From: Gammaproteobacteria bacterium
GTDB lineage: Bacteria; Pseudomonadota; Gammaproteobacteria; CAJXQU01
NCBI GenBank assembly: GCA_965238175.1
Contig: CBDEGZ010000003.1
Coordinates: forward strand, 3,168,001-3,232,000
Length of the DNA stretch: 64,000 nucleotides
Direction of reading: 5' to 3'
Shown here piece by piece: positions 29,561 through 40,455 of the stretch (positions within the stretch are counted from its first letter, which is position 1; each line of letters starts with the position of its first letter). The position numbers were made by a program, and so were the translations under genes. Below the pieces are notes generated by a model. It did not search any database, was not told the DNA's origin, and saw only the letters and a list, made by a program, of their open reading frames with translations.

Positions 29561-30382
29561 ATGAACTTAACTAAAGTCCTTGAATTAGCAAGTAACTCTG
29601 ACGTTGGCCGCAAACGCGAACACAACGAAGATACCAGTGCTATTGAAGCTCAACATGGTTTAATGGTTGTTGCCGATGGTATGGGAGGATATGCTGCAGG
29701 CGAGGTAGCAAGTGCGGTTGCGATTTCTACTATTGTTAAACATATCCAACGTCGATTGCCAATAGTAGCAACTTTGGAACCAGATCATAACAGCGAATTT
29801 ACCCATGAATCTCTAGTAGTAAGAGATGCTATTCGTGAGGCAAATTATGAAGTCTTTCGTTCTGCTCAAGATTATTCTCAATTTGAAGGCATGGGTACAA
29901 CTGGCGTCGTATTATTACTCTACGACAATCGCTTTACTGTAGCTCATGTTGGTGACTCTCGGCTTTATCGCTTACGTGATGAACAACTAGAGAAAATAAC
30001 TAATGATCATTCTTTGATTCAAGAGTTGATCGACCGTGGCCTCTACACACAAGAAGAGGCAGAAGCTAAAACACCTCGTAATCTTGTCACTCGAGCCCTG
30101 GGAATTAATGAAACAGTAAACGTCGATATTTTTGAAGATACAGTGATCCCAGGTGATTTATTTCTACTCTGCACCGATGGTCTGACAGATATGGTCGATG
30201 ATAATGAAATTCTCCTAATTTTGAAAAAATATAAAGATAATCTCAACAGGGTTGCTCAAGAACTCATTGACTTAGCCAATAAGCATGGTGGTAAAGACAA
30301 TATCACTGTTGTATTAGGTCGGCCCACAGTGCCTTTTCCATCATCAAACAGCTGGTACAATAAGCTTTTTGGTACGACCTAA
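29561..30382 (+). CDS. PP2C-family (Stp1/IreP) protein phosphatase
   Basis: GRKREHNED, VADGMGG, GMGTT, HVGDSR, CTDGL, GGKDNITV. Confidence 0.95.
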   Translation: MNLTKVLELASNSDVGRKREHNEDTSAIEAQHGLMVVADGMGGYAAGEVASAVAISTIVKHIQRRLPIVATLEPDHNSEFTHESLVVRDAIREANYEVFRSAQDYSQFEGMGTTGVVLLLYDNRFTVAHVGDSRLYRLRDEQLEKITNDHSLIQELIDRGLYTQEEAEAKTPRNLVTRALGINETVNVDIFEDTVIPGDLFLLCTDGLTDMVDDNEILLILKKYKDNLNRVAQELIDLANKHGGKDNITVVLGRPTVPFPSSNSWYNKLFGTT

Positions 30383-30401
30383 ACATTATTGTTTACAAGC
30401 T

Positions 30402-31073
30402 ATGGCAAAAATAATTCTCAGTCTAAACGACCGACCACAAGGTGAATTCGAACTTGCAAAAGAACGAATGACGATTGGCCGTAAAAGCGAAAATAATATC
30501 CCTGTCGACAATCTCGCAATCAGTGGACTTCATGCTGTCATTCTAACAACCCTGGAAGGCTCTTTTGTTGAGGATCTTGGTAGTACTAATGGTACTTATG
30601 TCAACGGAAGGTTGATCAAAAAACAAGCTCTTAAAAACGAAGACATTATCAGTATCGGAAAACATGATCTGAAGTTTATAGCCAATCAAGAAATTAAGCC
30701 TGAAGAAAAGATTGTCGTTCCTACAAGCGGAGAGGCATCTGCCGCAACTGCTTTAAAGCAGTCTACAGCAAGTAATCCATCAGCGATGGCAATGCCCAAA
30801 GGGGTTCTACATCTACTTAACGGACCCAAAGCTGGCACCGAACTAAACTTATCTAAGGCTATGATCACACTTGGGAAACCAGGTGTACAGGTCGCCGTAA
30901 TTTCAAGAAGGCCTCAAGGCTACTTTCTTTCCTATATCGAAGGTGAAAAGGATGGCGAAGCTTTTTACCCCCAAGTAAATGGTGCTTCTATTGGCCCTAA
31001 AGCACATGCAATAGAGGACAACGACATTCTCGAACTAGCGGGTATCAAAATGCAATTCTTACTTGAACCATAA
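30402..31073 (+). CDS. FHA domain protein (tandem FHA-like domains)
   Basis: IGRKSENNI...AISGLHA...DLGSTNGTYVNG; a second degenerate FHA at the C-terminus. Confidence 0.9.
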   Translation: MAKIILSLNDRPQGEFELAKERMTIGRKSENNIPVDNLAISGLHAVILTTLEGSFVEDLGSTNGTYVNGRLIKKQALKNEDIISIGKHDLKFIANQEIKPEEKIVVPTSGEASAATALKQSTASNPSAMAMPKGVLHLLNGPKAGTELNLSKAMITLGKPGVQVAVISRRPQGYFLSYIEGEKDGEAFYPQVNGASIGPKAHAIEDNDILELAGIKMQFLLEP

Positions 31074-31120
31074 ATGACACATAGCCATAAACTATATTGC
31101 ATATATAAAACTAATAATAC

Positions 31121-31573
31121 CTAACTAAAACTCACTATCTGTCGTATCCCTTCAAGATAAGCCTCTTCATCAGGGAGAGTTTGATCACGTTGTGCTTGCC
31201 ATAAAACCTCACCTAAACTCTCCATCATACGGTGCTCAAGCAGATGAGGATCAGCTAACTTTTCCAGTCCAAGATCATACAGTTCCCGAATCCCTGCTGG
31301 ACGATCTGCACCATACTGTTCCTGGAGAGTAATGTGCAACCCCATATGCAAAAATGGATTAGGTACGCCAGACTCTGAATCAAAATCTGCTTCTACTGCA
31401 GCATTATGATCTTCTAAGAGTTCATGATATTCAGCGTGTTGAATAATCACCCCAGCGATCAAACTTTCTAATGGCTGTAAAATTGATCCTGCTCGATACT
31501 TTTGCCAGACATCAACAAAATATCCTCTGGAAGTGTCTCGGCCCTGTTGGGCTTTTTGATCAACTGAATTCAC
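31121..31573 (-). CDS. DUF1841 family protein
   Basis: HAEYH...NPFLHMGLHITLQEQ...DRPAGI. Confidence 0.85.
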   Translation of the reverse strand: MNSVDQKAQQGRDTSRGYFVDVWQKYRAGSILQPLESLIAGVIIQHAEYHELLEDHNAAVEADFDSESGVPNPFLHMGLHITLQEQYGADRPAGIRELYDLGLEKLADPHLLEHRMMESLGEVLWQAQRDQTLPDEEAYLEGIRQIVSFS

Positions 31574-31702
31574 TTGCTAACCCCAAAATTCATAAATAGA
31601 TTGTAACTTGGTGAATTGCATTTTACGTATTCCTATTAAACGATTTGACCAACAAGAAACATCATCCATAATATCGACCTTCGTTTCAAGCAAAAAAACC
31701 TT

Positions 31703-32548
31703 ATGCTCACTGTAGAAGATCATAGTCGCGATAGTGTCGGAATGACCTATGTTTACCCAGTATTATCTCGTCGTGCAGGTGGCCTGTCTGTAGGTATCAA
31801 CCTTAACCCAAACAATAAATGTAATTGGCGTTGTATTTACTGTCAGGTACCCGACCTCAAACGAGGCTCTGCACCTGAAATTGACCTGCAAAAATTAGAG
31901 TCTGAATTACACCAGTTTCTACAAGACGTTATAAAAGGTGATTTTTTTGATCGAGAAAATGTAGCTCTGTCGCTACGCAATGTTAAAGACATTGCACTTT
32001 CTGGAAATGGAGAATCAACCAGTGCCACTAAATTTGATCAAGTCATAATTCTGATCGGTCAGATAATGCGTCAGTTTGATCTGGTTGGAAGTATCAAGTT
32101 AGTGCTGATCACAAATGGGAGCTATATCCAGCGTTCTCACGTACAAAAGGGCCTACAAACCATGGCTGAGCTGAATGGTGAAGTTTGGTTTAAACTGGAT
32201 AGCGCAACCGAGTCAGGTATGAAAAATATTAATAGTATTAACCGCAGCATAAATAGCGTCATCACAAACCTCGACCGCGCAAGTCGACTATGTCCTACCT
32301 GGTTACAAACTTGTATGTTCGAGAAAGATGGAGAAGCTCCCTTAGAAAAAGAGCAAAATGCATATCTTGGTTTTCTTGAACAAGTCCTTTCCAATAACAC
32401 ACCTCTGAAAGGCATTCTGCTCTACGGACTTGCCCGCCCTTCACTTCAGCCTGAAGCTTTAACTCTCTCTACACTTGAACCTGCCTGGCTGGAAAATTTT
32501 GCTGAACGAATCAGAAAACTATCTCTTCCAGTTAAAGTCAGTATTTAA
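31703..32548 (+). CDS. Radical SAM protein (TYW1/wyosine-synthase-like family)
   Basis: VYPVLSRRAGGLSVGINL, CNWRCIYC (CxxxCxxC), SGNGE. Confidence 0.85.
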   Translation: MLTVEDHSRDSVGMTYVYPVLSRRAGGLSVGINLNPNNKCNWRCIYCQVPDLKRGSAPEIDLQKLESELHQFLQDVIKGDFFDRENVALSLRNVKDIALSGNGESTSATKFDQVIILIGQIMRQFDLVGSIKLVLITNGSYIQRSHVQKGLQTMAELNGEVWFKLDSATESGMKNINSINRSINSVITNLDRASRLCPTWLQTCMFEKDGEAPLEKEQNAYLGFLEQVLSNNTPLKGILLYGLARPSLQPEALTLSTLEPAWLENFAERIRKLSLPVKVSI

Positions 32549-32570
32549 AAACACTCTAAACATTCAATTG

Positions 32571-32587
32571 TTGGAACGATCTTTGCT
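32571..32587 (+). promoter_or_regulatory. Sigma-54 (-24/-12) promoter upstream of pilB
   Basis: TTGGAACGATCTTTGCT, GG-N10-GC. Confidence 0.6.
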
Positions 32588-32771
32588 GTAACTTACGTAT
32601 ACGTAATGGAGCCTCACGCACTGATCATTTTTGATGGTTTCATTCCTATAACGCTGACAATGAGTTAAAAAATAACTCAATTAACCTTATCTTATTGATT
32701 TTCATGTAATTTTACAACTGTGGATAAGGGAGAGTCGAATAACGAAACTGGGAACGGAAATTCTAAACTAG

Positions 32772-34487
32772 ATGACAGTTACAAAAAATAGAGTGAATTT
32801 GGGTGGTCTTGCCAGAAAATTGATTCTGGAAAACCTTCTCGACGAAGAAAAAGCAATAAAAGCTCATCAAAAGGCTGTCGATGCAGGCAAACCTTTTGTC
32901 GCCTATCTTGTGGAACACAAACTCGCCGATCCGAAAAGTATGGCAAAAGCAGCATCTGAAGAGTTTGGAGTTCCACTTCTTGATTTAGCAACTATCGAGC
33001 TGAGCAAAGAAACAACCGCCCTGGTATCCAACGAACTTATCGAAAAACATCGCGTACTACCTATATTCAAACGCGGCAACCGAATTTACCTCGCAGGATC
33101 AGATCCAACAAATATTCAGGCACTTGATGAGATCAAGTTTCACGTTGGTGTAAACACAGAAATGGTCGTTGTTGAGGAAGATAAACTAACACGTTTTATT
33201 GAAGAGGCGCTAGAAGAATCAGGCTCAGTCTTCGGAGACATGGAAGATGAAGAACTGCTCGATCTCGATAATCTCGAAGTTGCTGAGCACTCAGATAACG
33301 ATGATGGTGATTCGGATGTAGATGATGCACCCGTTGTTCGATTTGTTAATAAAATGCTTCTTGATGCGATCAAAAAAAGCGCATCTGATCTTCATTTTGA
33401 GCCTTATGAAAAAGCTTACCGTGTCCGTTTTCGTATAGACGGTGTTTTGCATGAATTCGCAAATCCTCCAAATAGCCTGGCCGGAAAAATCTCTGCACGT
33501 ATCAAGGTTATGTCCAGGCTGGATGTTTCCGAACGACGCGTACCTCAAGATGGTCGCATAAAACTTAAAATCTCAAAAAACAAATCAATTGATTTCAGGG
33601 TAAGTACCTGCCCCACTCTTTACGGCGAAAAAATTGTACTACGTATCCTTGATTCTGATAGCGCAAAATTAGGTATCGACGTTCTCGGTTATGATGATTT
33701 CCAGAAAGAAATTTTCCTCGAAAACCTGCAGAAACCTTATGGCATGTTTTTGGTTACTGGGCCAACAGGTAGTGGTAAAACGGTCTCCTTGTACACAGGG
33801 ATTAATATCCTTAACACTGAAGATGTAAATATTTCTACCGCAGAAGATCCTGTTGAGATTAACTTACCAGGCGTAAACCAGGTTCAAGTTGATGAAAAAA
33901 CGGGAATGACCTTTCCAAAAGCGCTAAAAGCCTTTTTACGACAAGATCCTGACATTATTCTTGTCGGTGAGATACGAGATCTAGAAACAGGCAATATCGC
34001 TGTTAAAGCAGCCCAAACTGGACATATGGTTATGTCAACCTTACATACAAATGATGGCCCTCAAACGCTGACACGTTTAAAAGACATGGGAATACCACCA
34101 TTCGCTGTGGCCACCACTATTAATATTATTGTTGCTCAGCGGCTCGCAAGACGGCTCTGCCCGCATTGCAAACAACCGATGGAGATCTCCAAGGATGCAT
34201 TAGTCTCTGAAGGCTTCTCAACACAAGCTGTTGATGAAGGGTTTACACCTTATGAAGCCATTGGTTGTGAACAATGTAGCAATGGATACAAAGGAAGAAC
34301 GGGTATCTATCAAGTTATGCCCATATCGGACGCTATGAAGAGATTAATAATGGACGAAGCAAATGCAGTAACTTTAGCCGATCAAGCCGCTAAAGAAGAG
34401 ATACCAGACATTCGTCATTCAGGACTTAAAAAGGTCCAGGATGGTATCACTAGCATGCAGGAAATTAATCGAGTCACTCTGGAATAA
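32772..34487 (+). CDS. pilB: Type IV-A pilus assembly ATPase PilB
   Basis: GPTGSGKT, AEDPVE, LRQDPD, GHMVMSTLHTND, Zn motif CPHC...CEQC. Confidence 0.97.
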   Translation: MTVTKNRVNLGGLARKLILENLLDEEKAIKAHQKAVDAGKPFVAYLVEHKLADPKSMAKAASEEFGVPLLDLATIELSKETTALVSNELIEKHRVLPIFKRGNRIYLAGSDPTNIQALDEIKFHVGVNTEMVVVEEDKLTRFIEEALEESGSVFGDMEDEELLDLDNLEVAEHSDNDDGDSDVDDAPVVRFVNKMLLDAIKKSASDLHFEPYEKAYRVRFRIDGVLHEFANPPNSLAGKISARIKVMSRLDVSERRVPQDGRIKLKISKNKSIDFRVSTCPTLYGEKIVLRILDSDSAKLGIDVLGYDDFQKEIFLENLQKPYGMFLVTGPTGSGKTVSLYTGINILNTEDVNISTAEDPVEINLPGVNQVQVDEKTGMTFPKALKAFLRQDPDIILVGEIRDLETGNIAVKAAQTGHMVMSTLHTNDGPQTLTRLKDMGIPPFAVATTINIIVAQRLARRLCPHCKQPMEISKDALVSEGFSTQAVDEGFTPYEAIGCEQCSNGYKGRTGIYQVMPISDAMKRLIMDEANAVTLADQAAKEEIPDIRHSGLKKVQDGITSMQEINRVTLE

Positions 34488-34503
34488 ATAAACAGGTAAC
34501 TAT

Positions 34504-35724
34504 ATGGCTACAGATACAGTAAAAAAATTCATGTTCACCTGGGAAGGAATGGACAAAAATGGCAAACGAGTCAAAGGCGAAATGAATGGCACCAGCGTTG
34601 CCTTGATCAATGCAACTTTGAGGCGACAAGGTGTCAACCCCTTAAAAGTCAAGAAAAAATCCAAACCGCTTTTTGAAAAAAGTGGTAAAAAAATTGTCAC
34701 CAAAGATATTGCCATCTTTAGCCGTCAGCTTTCGACAATGATGGCATCTGGCGTACCGCTGGTACAGTCTATTGATATTGCTGGACGTGGTCATGCCAAC
34801 TCAAAAATGCAGGATTTGCTAATGTCTCTTAAAGGTGATGTGGAAGCAGGTGGCACATTAACGGATGCATTGGCTAAACACCCTCTACACTTTAATGAGT
34901 TATATGTAAATTTGATCAATGCTGGTGAGCAATCCGGTAATCTTGAAGGTATGCTTAATGAGATTTCTGACTATCAAGAAAAAACCGAAGCATTAAAATC
35001 AAAAATTAAATCAGCACTTTTTTACCCAACTGCTGTTATTATCATGGCATTCGTTATTACGACGATATTGATGATTTTTGTAATTCCGCAATTTCAGGAT
35101 TTATTCAGTAATTTTGGTGCTGATCTGCCTGCCTTAACAGCGATGGTGATCAAAATATCTGAGTTCTTCCAGGCAAACTGGTACCTGATATTTGCCGTAA
35201 TTGGAGCCACAGTCTATGGAATGATTCAAGCAAAAAAACGCTCTCCAAAATTTGCACACTTTCTAGATCGAGTTTCATTACAAATTCCCGTCATCGGGGA
35301 TATTTTAGAAAAATCGGCTATCGCACGATTCTCAAGAACTCTGGCAACCATGTTCTCAGCAGGAACTCCTTTAGTTGAAGCAATGGAATCTGTTGCAGGA
35401 GCTTGTGGCAATATATTGTTCTATGACGCAACCATGATAATGCGTGATGAAGTGGCAACGGGTACGCAACTTCAACTTGCGATGCGCAATTCTGAATTAT
35501 TCCCAAGCATGGTTATTCAAATGGTCGCCATTGGTGAAGAATCTGGATCTGTTGATCACATGCTCAGTAAAGTTGCTGACTGGTATGAACAAGAAGTAGA
35601 TGATGCTGTTGAGGCTCTCACCAGCCTTCTGGAACCTATAATCATGGCGGTACTTGGGGTATTAATCGGCGGTATGGTGGTTGCAATGTACTTACCTATT
35701 TTCAAAATGGGCCAGGTTGTTTAA
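34504..35724 (+). CDS. pilC: Type IV pilus platform protein PilC
   Basis: FSRQLSTMMASGVPL, AGEQSGNL, IGEESG, EPIIM...MYLPIF. Confidence 0.97.
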   Translation: MATDTVKKFMFTWEGMDKNGKRVKGEMNGTSVALINATLRRQGVNPLKVKKKSKPLFEKSGKKIVTKDIAIFSRQLSTMMASGVPLVQSIDIAGRGHANSKMQDLLMSLKGDVEAGGTLTDALAKHPLHFNELYVNLINAGEQSGNLEGMLNEISDYQEKTEALKSKIKSALFYPTAVIIMAFVITTILMIFVIPQFQDLFSNFGADLPALTAMVIKISEFFQANWYLIFAVIGATVYGMIQAKKRSPKFAHFLDRVSLQIPVIGDILEKSAIARFSRTLATMFSAGTPLVEAMESVAGACGNILFYDATMIMRDEVATGTQLQLAMRNSELFPSMVIQMVAIGEESGSVDHMLSKVADWYEQEVDDAVEALTSLLEPIIMAVLGVLIGGMVVAMYLPIFKMGQVV

Positions 35725-35788
35725 AGTTAAATAAATCATTTAAATTCTTCACCCTGACAAGGGTGAAGGAACTACCTATAATCCTGCA

Positions 35789-36664
35789 ATGTCTTTTGTC
35801 AGCCTTTTACAGACTAACCCAACTCTATTCATTCTTTTCGCTGGATTGATCGGATTAATTGTAGGCAGCTTTCTTAACGTTGTTATCTATCGTTTACCGA
35901 TCATGATGGAACGCGATTGGAAATCTCAATGTAGAGAATTACTCGACCAAACATGTCCAGAAGCTGAAAAAGAAAAAGAGGTCTTTAATCTTGCAAGCCC
36001 CAGATCAAAATGTCCTAAATGTGATCATGCCATAACGGCTGTCGAGAACATTCCAGTGATCAGCTATTTAATCCAAGCTGGAAGATGTAAAGGTTGTAGT
36101 GACAAAATTTCAGCTCGATATCCACTCGTCGAACTATTAACTGCCGTCCTGACTGCAGTTGTTGCTTGGCGCTTTGGCTTCGGCTGGGCGGCCTGGGGTG
36201 GCATTTTATTCACCTGGGCATTAATCGTACTGAGTGGGATTGATTTTGATACCCAGTTATTGCCCGACTCGATAACCTTACCGTTCTTATGGCTTGGTAT
36301 CGTTTTTAGCTTGTTTGCTACATTGACTGATCTACAATCCAGTGTTATTGGCGCTATGGCGGGTTATCTCTCACTCTGGTCAGTCTACTGGTTATTCAAA
36401 CTCGTCACAGGAAAGGAAGGTATGGGGTTCGGTGACTTCAAGCTATTAGGGATGATAGGTGCCTGGTTAGGATGGAAAGTGCTACCACTTACAATTATTC
36501 TCTCATCGGTGGCAGGAGCCATGATCGGAATTTCTCTGATATTATTTAAATCACATGGTCGTCAACAACCAATCCCGTTTGGCCCTTACCTTGCGATCGC
36601 TGGGTGGATTGCTTTATGCTGGGGACAAAATTTAATTGATGCCTACTTAAGGACGCTCTATTAG
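35789..36664 (+). CDS. pilD: Prepilin peptidase / N-methyltransferase PilD
   Basis: GSFLNVVIYRLP, two CxxC pairs, GMGFGDFKL, PFGPYL. Confidence 0.97.
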   Translation: MSFVSLLQTNPTLFILFAGLIGLIVGSFLNVVIYRLPIMMERDWKSQCRELLDQTCPEAEKEKEVFNLASPRSKCPKCDHAITAVENIPVISYLIQAGRCKGCSDKISARYPLVELLTAVLTAVVAWRFGFGWAAWGGILFTWALIVLSGIDFDTQLLPDSITLPFLWLGIVFSLFATLTDLQSSVIGAMAGYLSLWSVYWLFKLVTGKEGMGFGDFKLLGMIGAWLGWKVLPLTIILSSVAGAMIGISLILFKSHGRQQPIPFGPYLAIAGWIALCWGQNLIDAYLRTLY

Positions 36665-37302
36665 TGACTCAAACTGACCTTTCCCAACCTTTACGTATTG
36701 GATTAACGGGTGGGATTGGCTCTGGTAAAACCACAATAAGCAACCTGTTTGCCGAACTTGGTATTAGTATTATTGATGCTGATGTTATAGCGCATGAAAT
36801 CATCCAACCTGATCGACAAGCTCACACAGAAATTTTGGATCTGTTTGGATCAAATATTCTGTTAGAAAATAGAGAAATTGATCGCAAAAAATTACGCCAA
36901 CTCGTTTTCAATGATCAAAAAAAATTAGATCAACTGGAAAAAATCACTCATCCTCGTATTATTAGCTATATGTGCGAACAAGTGGCTCAAACAACATCAC
37001 CCTATTGCATCCTGAGTATTCCTTTGCTGTTAGAAAAAGGACTTGAAAATGATGTTGATCGAGTTTTAATCGTAGATATCCCTGCTGACATACAAAACAA
37101 GCGCGTCGCGAACAGGGATAATATCAGCCAAAAGGAAGTGGAAAATATCATGAAGCACCAAATAACAAGAGAAAAACGACTGCTAAGTGCCGATGATATA
37201 ATACAAAACGAAGGAAATATATCGGAACTTCAATCTCAAGTACAAAACTTACATCTCAAATATTTAGCATTATCCTCACTTCGCGAATCTATAAATGAAT
37301 AA
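36664..37302 (+). CDS. coaE: Dephospho-CoA kinase
   Basis: IGLTGGIGSGKT, IIDADVIA; synteny. Confidence 0.95.
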   Translation: MTQTDLSQPLRIGLTGGIGSGKTTISNLFAELGISIIDADVIAHEIIQPDRQAHTEILDLFGSNILLENREIDRKKLRQLVFNDQKKLDQLEKITHPRIISYMCEQVAQTTSPYCILSIPLLLEKGLENDVDRVLIVDIPADIQNKRVANRDNISQKEVENIMKHQITREKRLLSADDIIQNEGNISELQSQVQNLHLKYLALSSLRESINE

Positions 37303-38113
37303 GGACATCGACACTACCGAATCACAATTTGGACTATTCTCAGACGTTCAAGACAAAGCAATTTATGAATTGCCACTCAATGAGCGTATTAGAAACTTTT
37401 TACGGCTCGAATTTTTATTCCAGCTTGTTAACTATTCCCTTTCTAAATCAGAGGAGTGGGATAATCGCCAGTGTGTCTCAAATCTGATTGATATTAGTGA
37501 ATTACTCAACCGAACCGATATAAAAGCAGAACTCTATAAAGAGTTGGATAAACACATTAATCTCCTGAGGTCTTTACAAAAGAATCCTCAGGTAGATGAC
37601 GAAATTCTTAATGAAATGCTACACAAACTCCAGGATTCTCACCTCCAGTTAACAAACCCCTCATATCATCCAGGAAAAAATATGAAAGAGGATGAATTGA
37701 TCTCATCGATTAAACAACGACTGTCTATCGCAGGTGGTGCCTGTAATTTTGATCTACCCTCTTATCACCATTGGTTAACTAAGAACTCTAGTGAGAGAAA
37801 GTTTCAGTTGAATCAATGGTTTGATGATCTTAAATACATGAAAAATGCAATAAGTCTTGTATTGAACTTATTGAGAACAGGTAGTGAAGCAACTAAAGAG
37901 TCAGCAACAGATGGCTTCTTTCAGTACTCGCTGGAAAAAAATAAACCCATTCAACTAATCCGAATTTTGATGCCGATAGGAACCACTTCATTCCCCGAAA
38001 TAAGTGGCGGTAAACATCGTTTTTCTGTTCGTTTTCTTGAGCAACACACTACACGAGAACGACCAACACAGATCGGGCATAATATTGATTTTGAACTTCA
38101 ATGTTGTAATTAA
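37295..38113 (+). CDS. zapD: Cell division protein ZapD
   Basis: YELPLNERIRNFLRLE, GGACNFDLP, FPEISGGKHRF. Confidence 0.95.
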   Translation: MNKDIDTTESQFGLFSDVQDKAIYELPLNERIRNFLRLEFLFQLVNYSLSKSEEWDNRQCVSNLIDISELLNRTDIKAELYKELDKHINLLRSLQKNPQVDDEILNEMLHKLQDSHLQLTNPSYHPGKNMKEDELISSIKQRLSIAGGACNFDLPSYHHWLTKNSSERKFQLNQWFDDLKYMKNAISLVLNLLRTGSEATKESATDGFFQYSLEKNKPIQLIRILMPIGTTSFPEISGGKHRFSVRFLEQHTTRERPTQIGHNIDFELQCCN

Positions 38114-38116
38114 TGA

Positions 38117-38317
38117 GTGAGCGGCCTAATGAGTAAAAAAAATCTATGCCCAACCTGCAAAAAGCCAATAGACAATCTTGAAGATAAGAAGGCACTTCCT
38201 TTCTGTACTGAACGCTGTAAGTTAATCGATTTTGGTGGTTGGATGAACGGCAGTCATGCTATTCCTGGAGAAGAAGTCATCATCATCCCAGACGAAGATG
38301 ACATGCTGCATCACTAA
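38117..38317 (+). CDS. yacG: DNA gyrase inhibitor YacG
   Basis: CPTCKK...PFCTERCKLIDFGGW. Confidence 0.93.
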   Translation: MSGLMSKKNLCPTCKKPIDNLEDKKALPFCTERCKLIDFGGWMNGSHAIPGEEVIIIPDEDDMLHH

Positions 38318-38348
38318 CTCTTACACCTCATCTCTTAAAGACTTTCTC

Positions 38349-39314
38349 TCAGTTCCAACCAGATCTGATCATTGCAACACCTTGTGCTCCATGCTGCCAT
38401 GCAATTTGTAGATCACCATCACTCAATCCACCCAATGCATAAACCGGAATATTAATTTTCTCGATCAATTGTTCAAATTGATTAAAGCCGAGAGGTTCAA
38501 CTTCTGAATGTGAGAGTGTCTTCTTAATTGGTGACAATACAGCAAAATCAAGATCTAATTTATCAGCATGTTTTAGTTCTTCCACGTTATGGCAAGAAGC
38601 TCCGATCAGAAATTCGGTATTTAACGGCCTTTCTTTGAACGAAAGTAAACGCTTACTTGTTAGATGAATACCGTCAGCACTGAACCTTAAAGCATCATCC
38701 AGATCACCATTAATTAGCCATTTAGCCTGATATTTCTCACAAAGCGTTTTGAGAAGCTTTGAAATCTGATCAATTCTTTCTGGACTACTTTCTTTTGCAC
38801 GAAGTTGAAAAAGTTTCACACCACGAGCCAGACAAGCTTCTACGCGAACCAGAAAACCCTCAATATCTCGTCCAGGTTCAGGACTGATTTGATAGACAGA
38901 AGGTAAACTTAATGCCGTAATAATCGGCAGATCTGCAGCTGGAAATTGATACTCTTGCAACACTTTCTGATCAAGCCACTTTATTTCTTGCCCCTCCAAT
39001 CCCATCGCTTTACCTGTCCATTCGCTAACCAACCAGGTATCAAGCTTGACGGTTTTCTCGGGATAATCATGAATAATTTTGATCAACTGACGAGCAGATT
39101 GTATCTGTATGCCTATCTCTTCTATCAACTCACGTTGCAATGCGGTAAAGACAGGTTCACCCTCTTCTAACTTACCCCCGGGGAATTCCCATAAACCTTC
39201 AAGATGAACACCTTTGGGACGACGAGCAACTAAGACCTTACGCTCAGCATTGATCACACAGGCGACAGCTACATGCGTAACTTCAGGTTCTATATTCTGC
39301 GTTGATCCGGACAT
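38349..39314 (-). CDS. mutT: MutT Nudix hydrolase fused to a thiamine-phosphate-synthase-like domain
   Basis: WEFPGGKLEEGE...RELIEEIG Nudix box; C-terminal GASCHN...VYALGG; start approximate. Confidence 0.9.
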   Translation of the reverse strand: MSGSTQNIEPEVTHVAVACVINAERKVLVARRPKGVHLEGLWEFPGGKLEEGEPVFTALQRELIEEIGIQIQSARQLIKIIHDYPEKTVKLDTWLVSEWTGKAMGLEGQEIKWLDQKVLQEYQFPAADLPIITALSLPSVYQISPEPGRDIEGFLVRVEACLARGVKLFQLRAKESSPERIDQISKLLKTLCEKYQAKWLINGDLDDALRFSADGIHLTSKRLLSFKERPLNTEFLIGASCHNVEELKHADKLDLDFAVLSPIKKTLSHSEVEPLGFNQFEQLIEKINIPVYALGGLSDGDLQIAWQHGAQGVAMIRSGWN

Positions 39315-40455
39315 ATTCATAGGATAAGTCACAAGTCCAAACCGTATCGGTGGCATCACCTCTACCTAGATCAACTTTTATTGTGATCTCATTTTTTTTC
39401 ATTACTGAAGCACCTTGTTTTTCAGTATACGTTTCTGCAGGCTCACCATTTTTAATTAAGTGCACGTCATCAAGCTTTATCGCAATTTTACTGATCTCCA
39501 ACAGTTCCACATCTGCCCGACCTATCGCTGCAAGTAATCTACCCCAATTAGGATCAGAGGCAAAAAATGCCGTTTTAACAAGCGGTGAATGTGCAATACA
39601 GTAGCCTATTTCACGACACTCTTTATCGGTCTTTCCGCCCGAAATTTCAATGGAAATAAACTTTGTAGCACCTTCGCCATCCTTTACAATTGCATGTGCA
39701 AGTTTAATAAAAACTTCATCTACTGCTTTTTGGAACAGATCGAAATCATCATCCTTAACCTCAACATCCGATTTTCCAGTTGCGATCAAAACACAAGCAT
39801 CATTAGTAGAAGTATCACCGTCAACAGTTATACGATTAAAACTCTTATCCACCGATTCTTGTAAACACTGCTGCAATAATTCTGTTTCCACATCTGCATC
39901 CGTAGCGACATACGCCAACATTGTCGCCATGTTTGGCCGGATCATGCCTGATCCTTTCGCCATACCGACAATTGTGATTTTCTTTCCGTTAATCTCAAAT
40001 TGCAAACTAGCTCTCTTTTCACAAGTATCTGTGGTCATAATAGCTTGAGATGCAGCTTCCCAATTATCAGCTTTAAGATTTTCTAATGCGGTTGAAATTG
40101 CAGGCTCAATTAAATTTATTGGAAGTCGTTCACCAATAACACCGGTCGAAAAAGGCAAGATGGAATTTTTATCACACGACACACAGTCTGCCAACATTTG
40201 ACAGGTATCCAAACAATCCTGATGACCTAAAACACCTGTTCCAGCATTCGCATTACCAGAATTTATCAGCAAATATTTCGTTTGAGTTTCTAACAGATGT
40301 TGTTTTGCAATCGTAACGGGAGCTGCACAAAATGCATTTTGGGTAAAAACACTGACAACCCTACTACCCTCGCAAATCTCTATTACCGCAAGATCATCAC
40401 GCTCGGTTTGGCGTATCCCTGCACTGGCCGTTCCAAGCTTTACACCTTCGATCAA
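39283..40455 (-). CDS. argJ: Bifunctional ornithine acetyltransferase ArgJ
   Basis: [47 protein letters not shown]; TTG start overlapping the secA stop is inferred. Confidence 0.95.
   Translation of the reverse strand: MIEGVKLGTASAGIRQTERDDLAVIEICEGSRVVSVFTQNAFCAAPVTIAKQHLLETQTKYLLINSGNANAGTGVLGHQDCLDTCQMLADCVSCDKNSILPFSTGVIGERLPINLIEPAISTALENLKADNWEAASQAIMTTDTCEKRASLQFEINGKKITIVGMAKGSGMIRPNMATMLAYVATDADVETELLQQCLQESVDKSFNRITVDGDTSTNDACVLIATGKSDVEVKDDDFDLFQKAVDEVFIKLAHAIVKDGEGATKFISIEISGGKTDKECREIGYCIAHSPLVKTAFFASDPNWGRLLAAIGRADVELLEISKIAIKLDDVHLIKNGEPAETYTEKQGASVMKKNEITIKVDLGRGDATDTVWTCDLSYEYVRINAEYRT

Noticed and set aside
38349-39314. MutT-ThiE-like fusion as a novelty
   Set aside because: A well-known architecture next to argJ/secA in gammaproteobacteria
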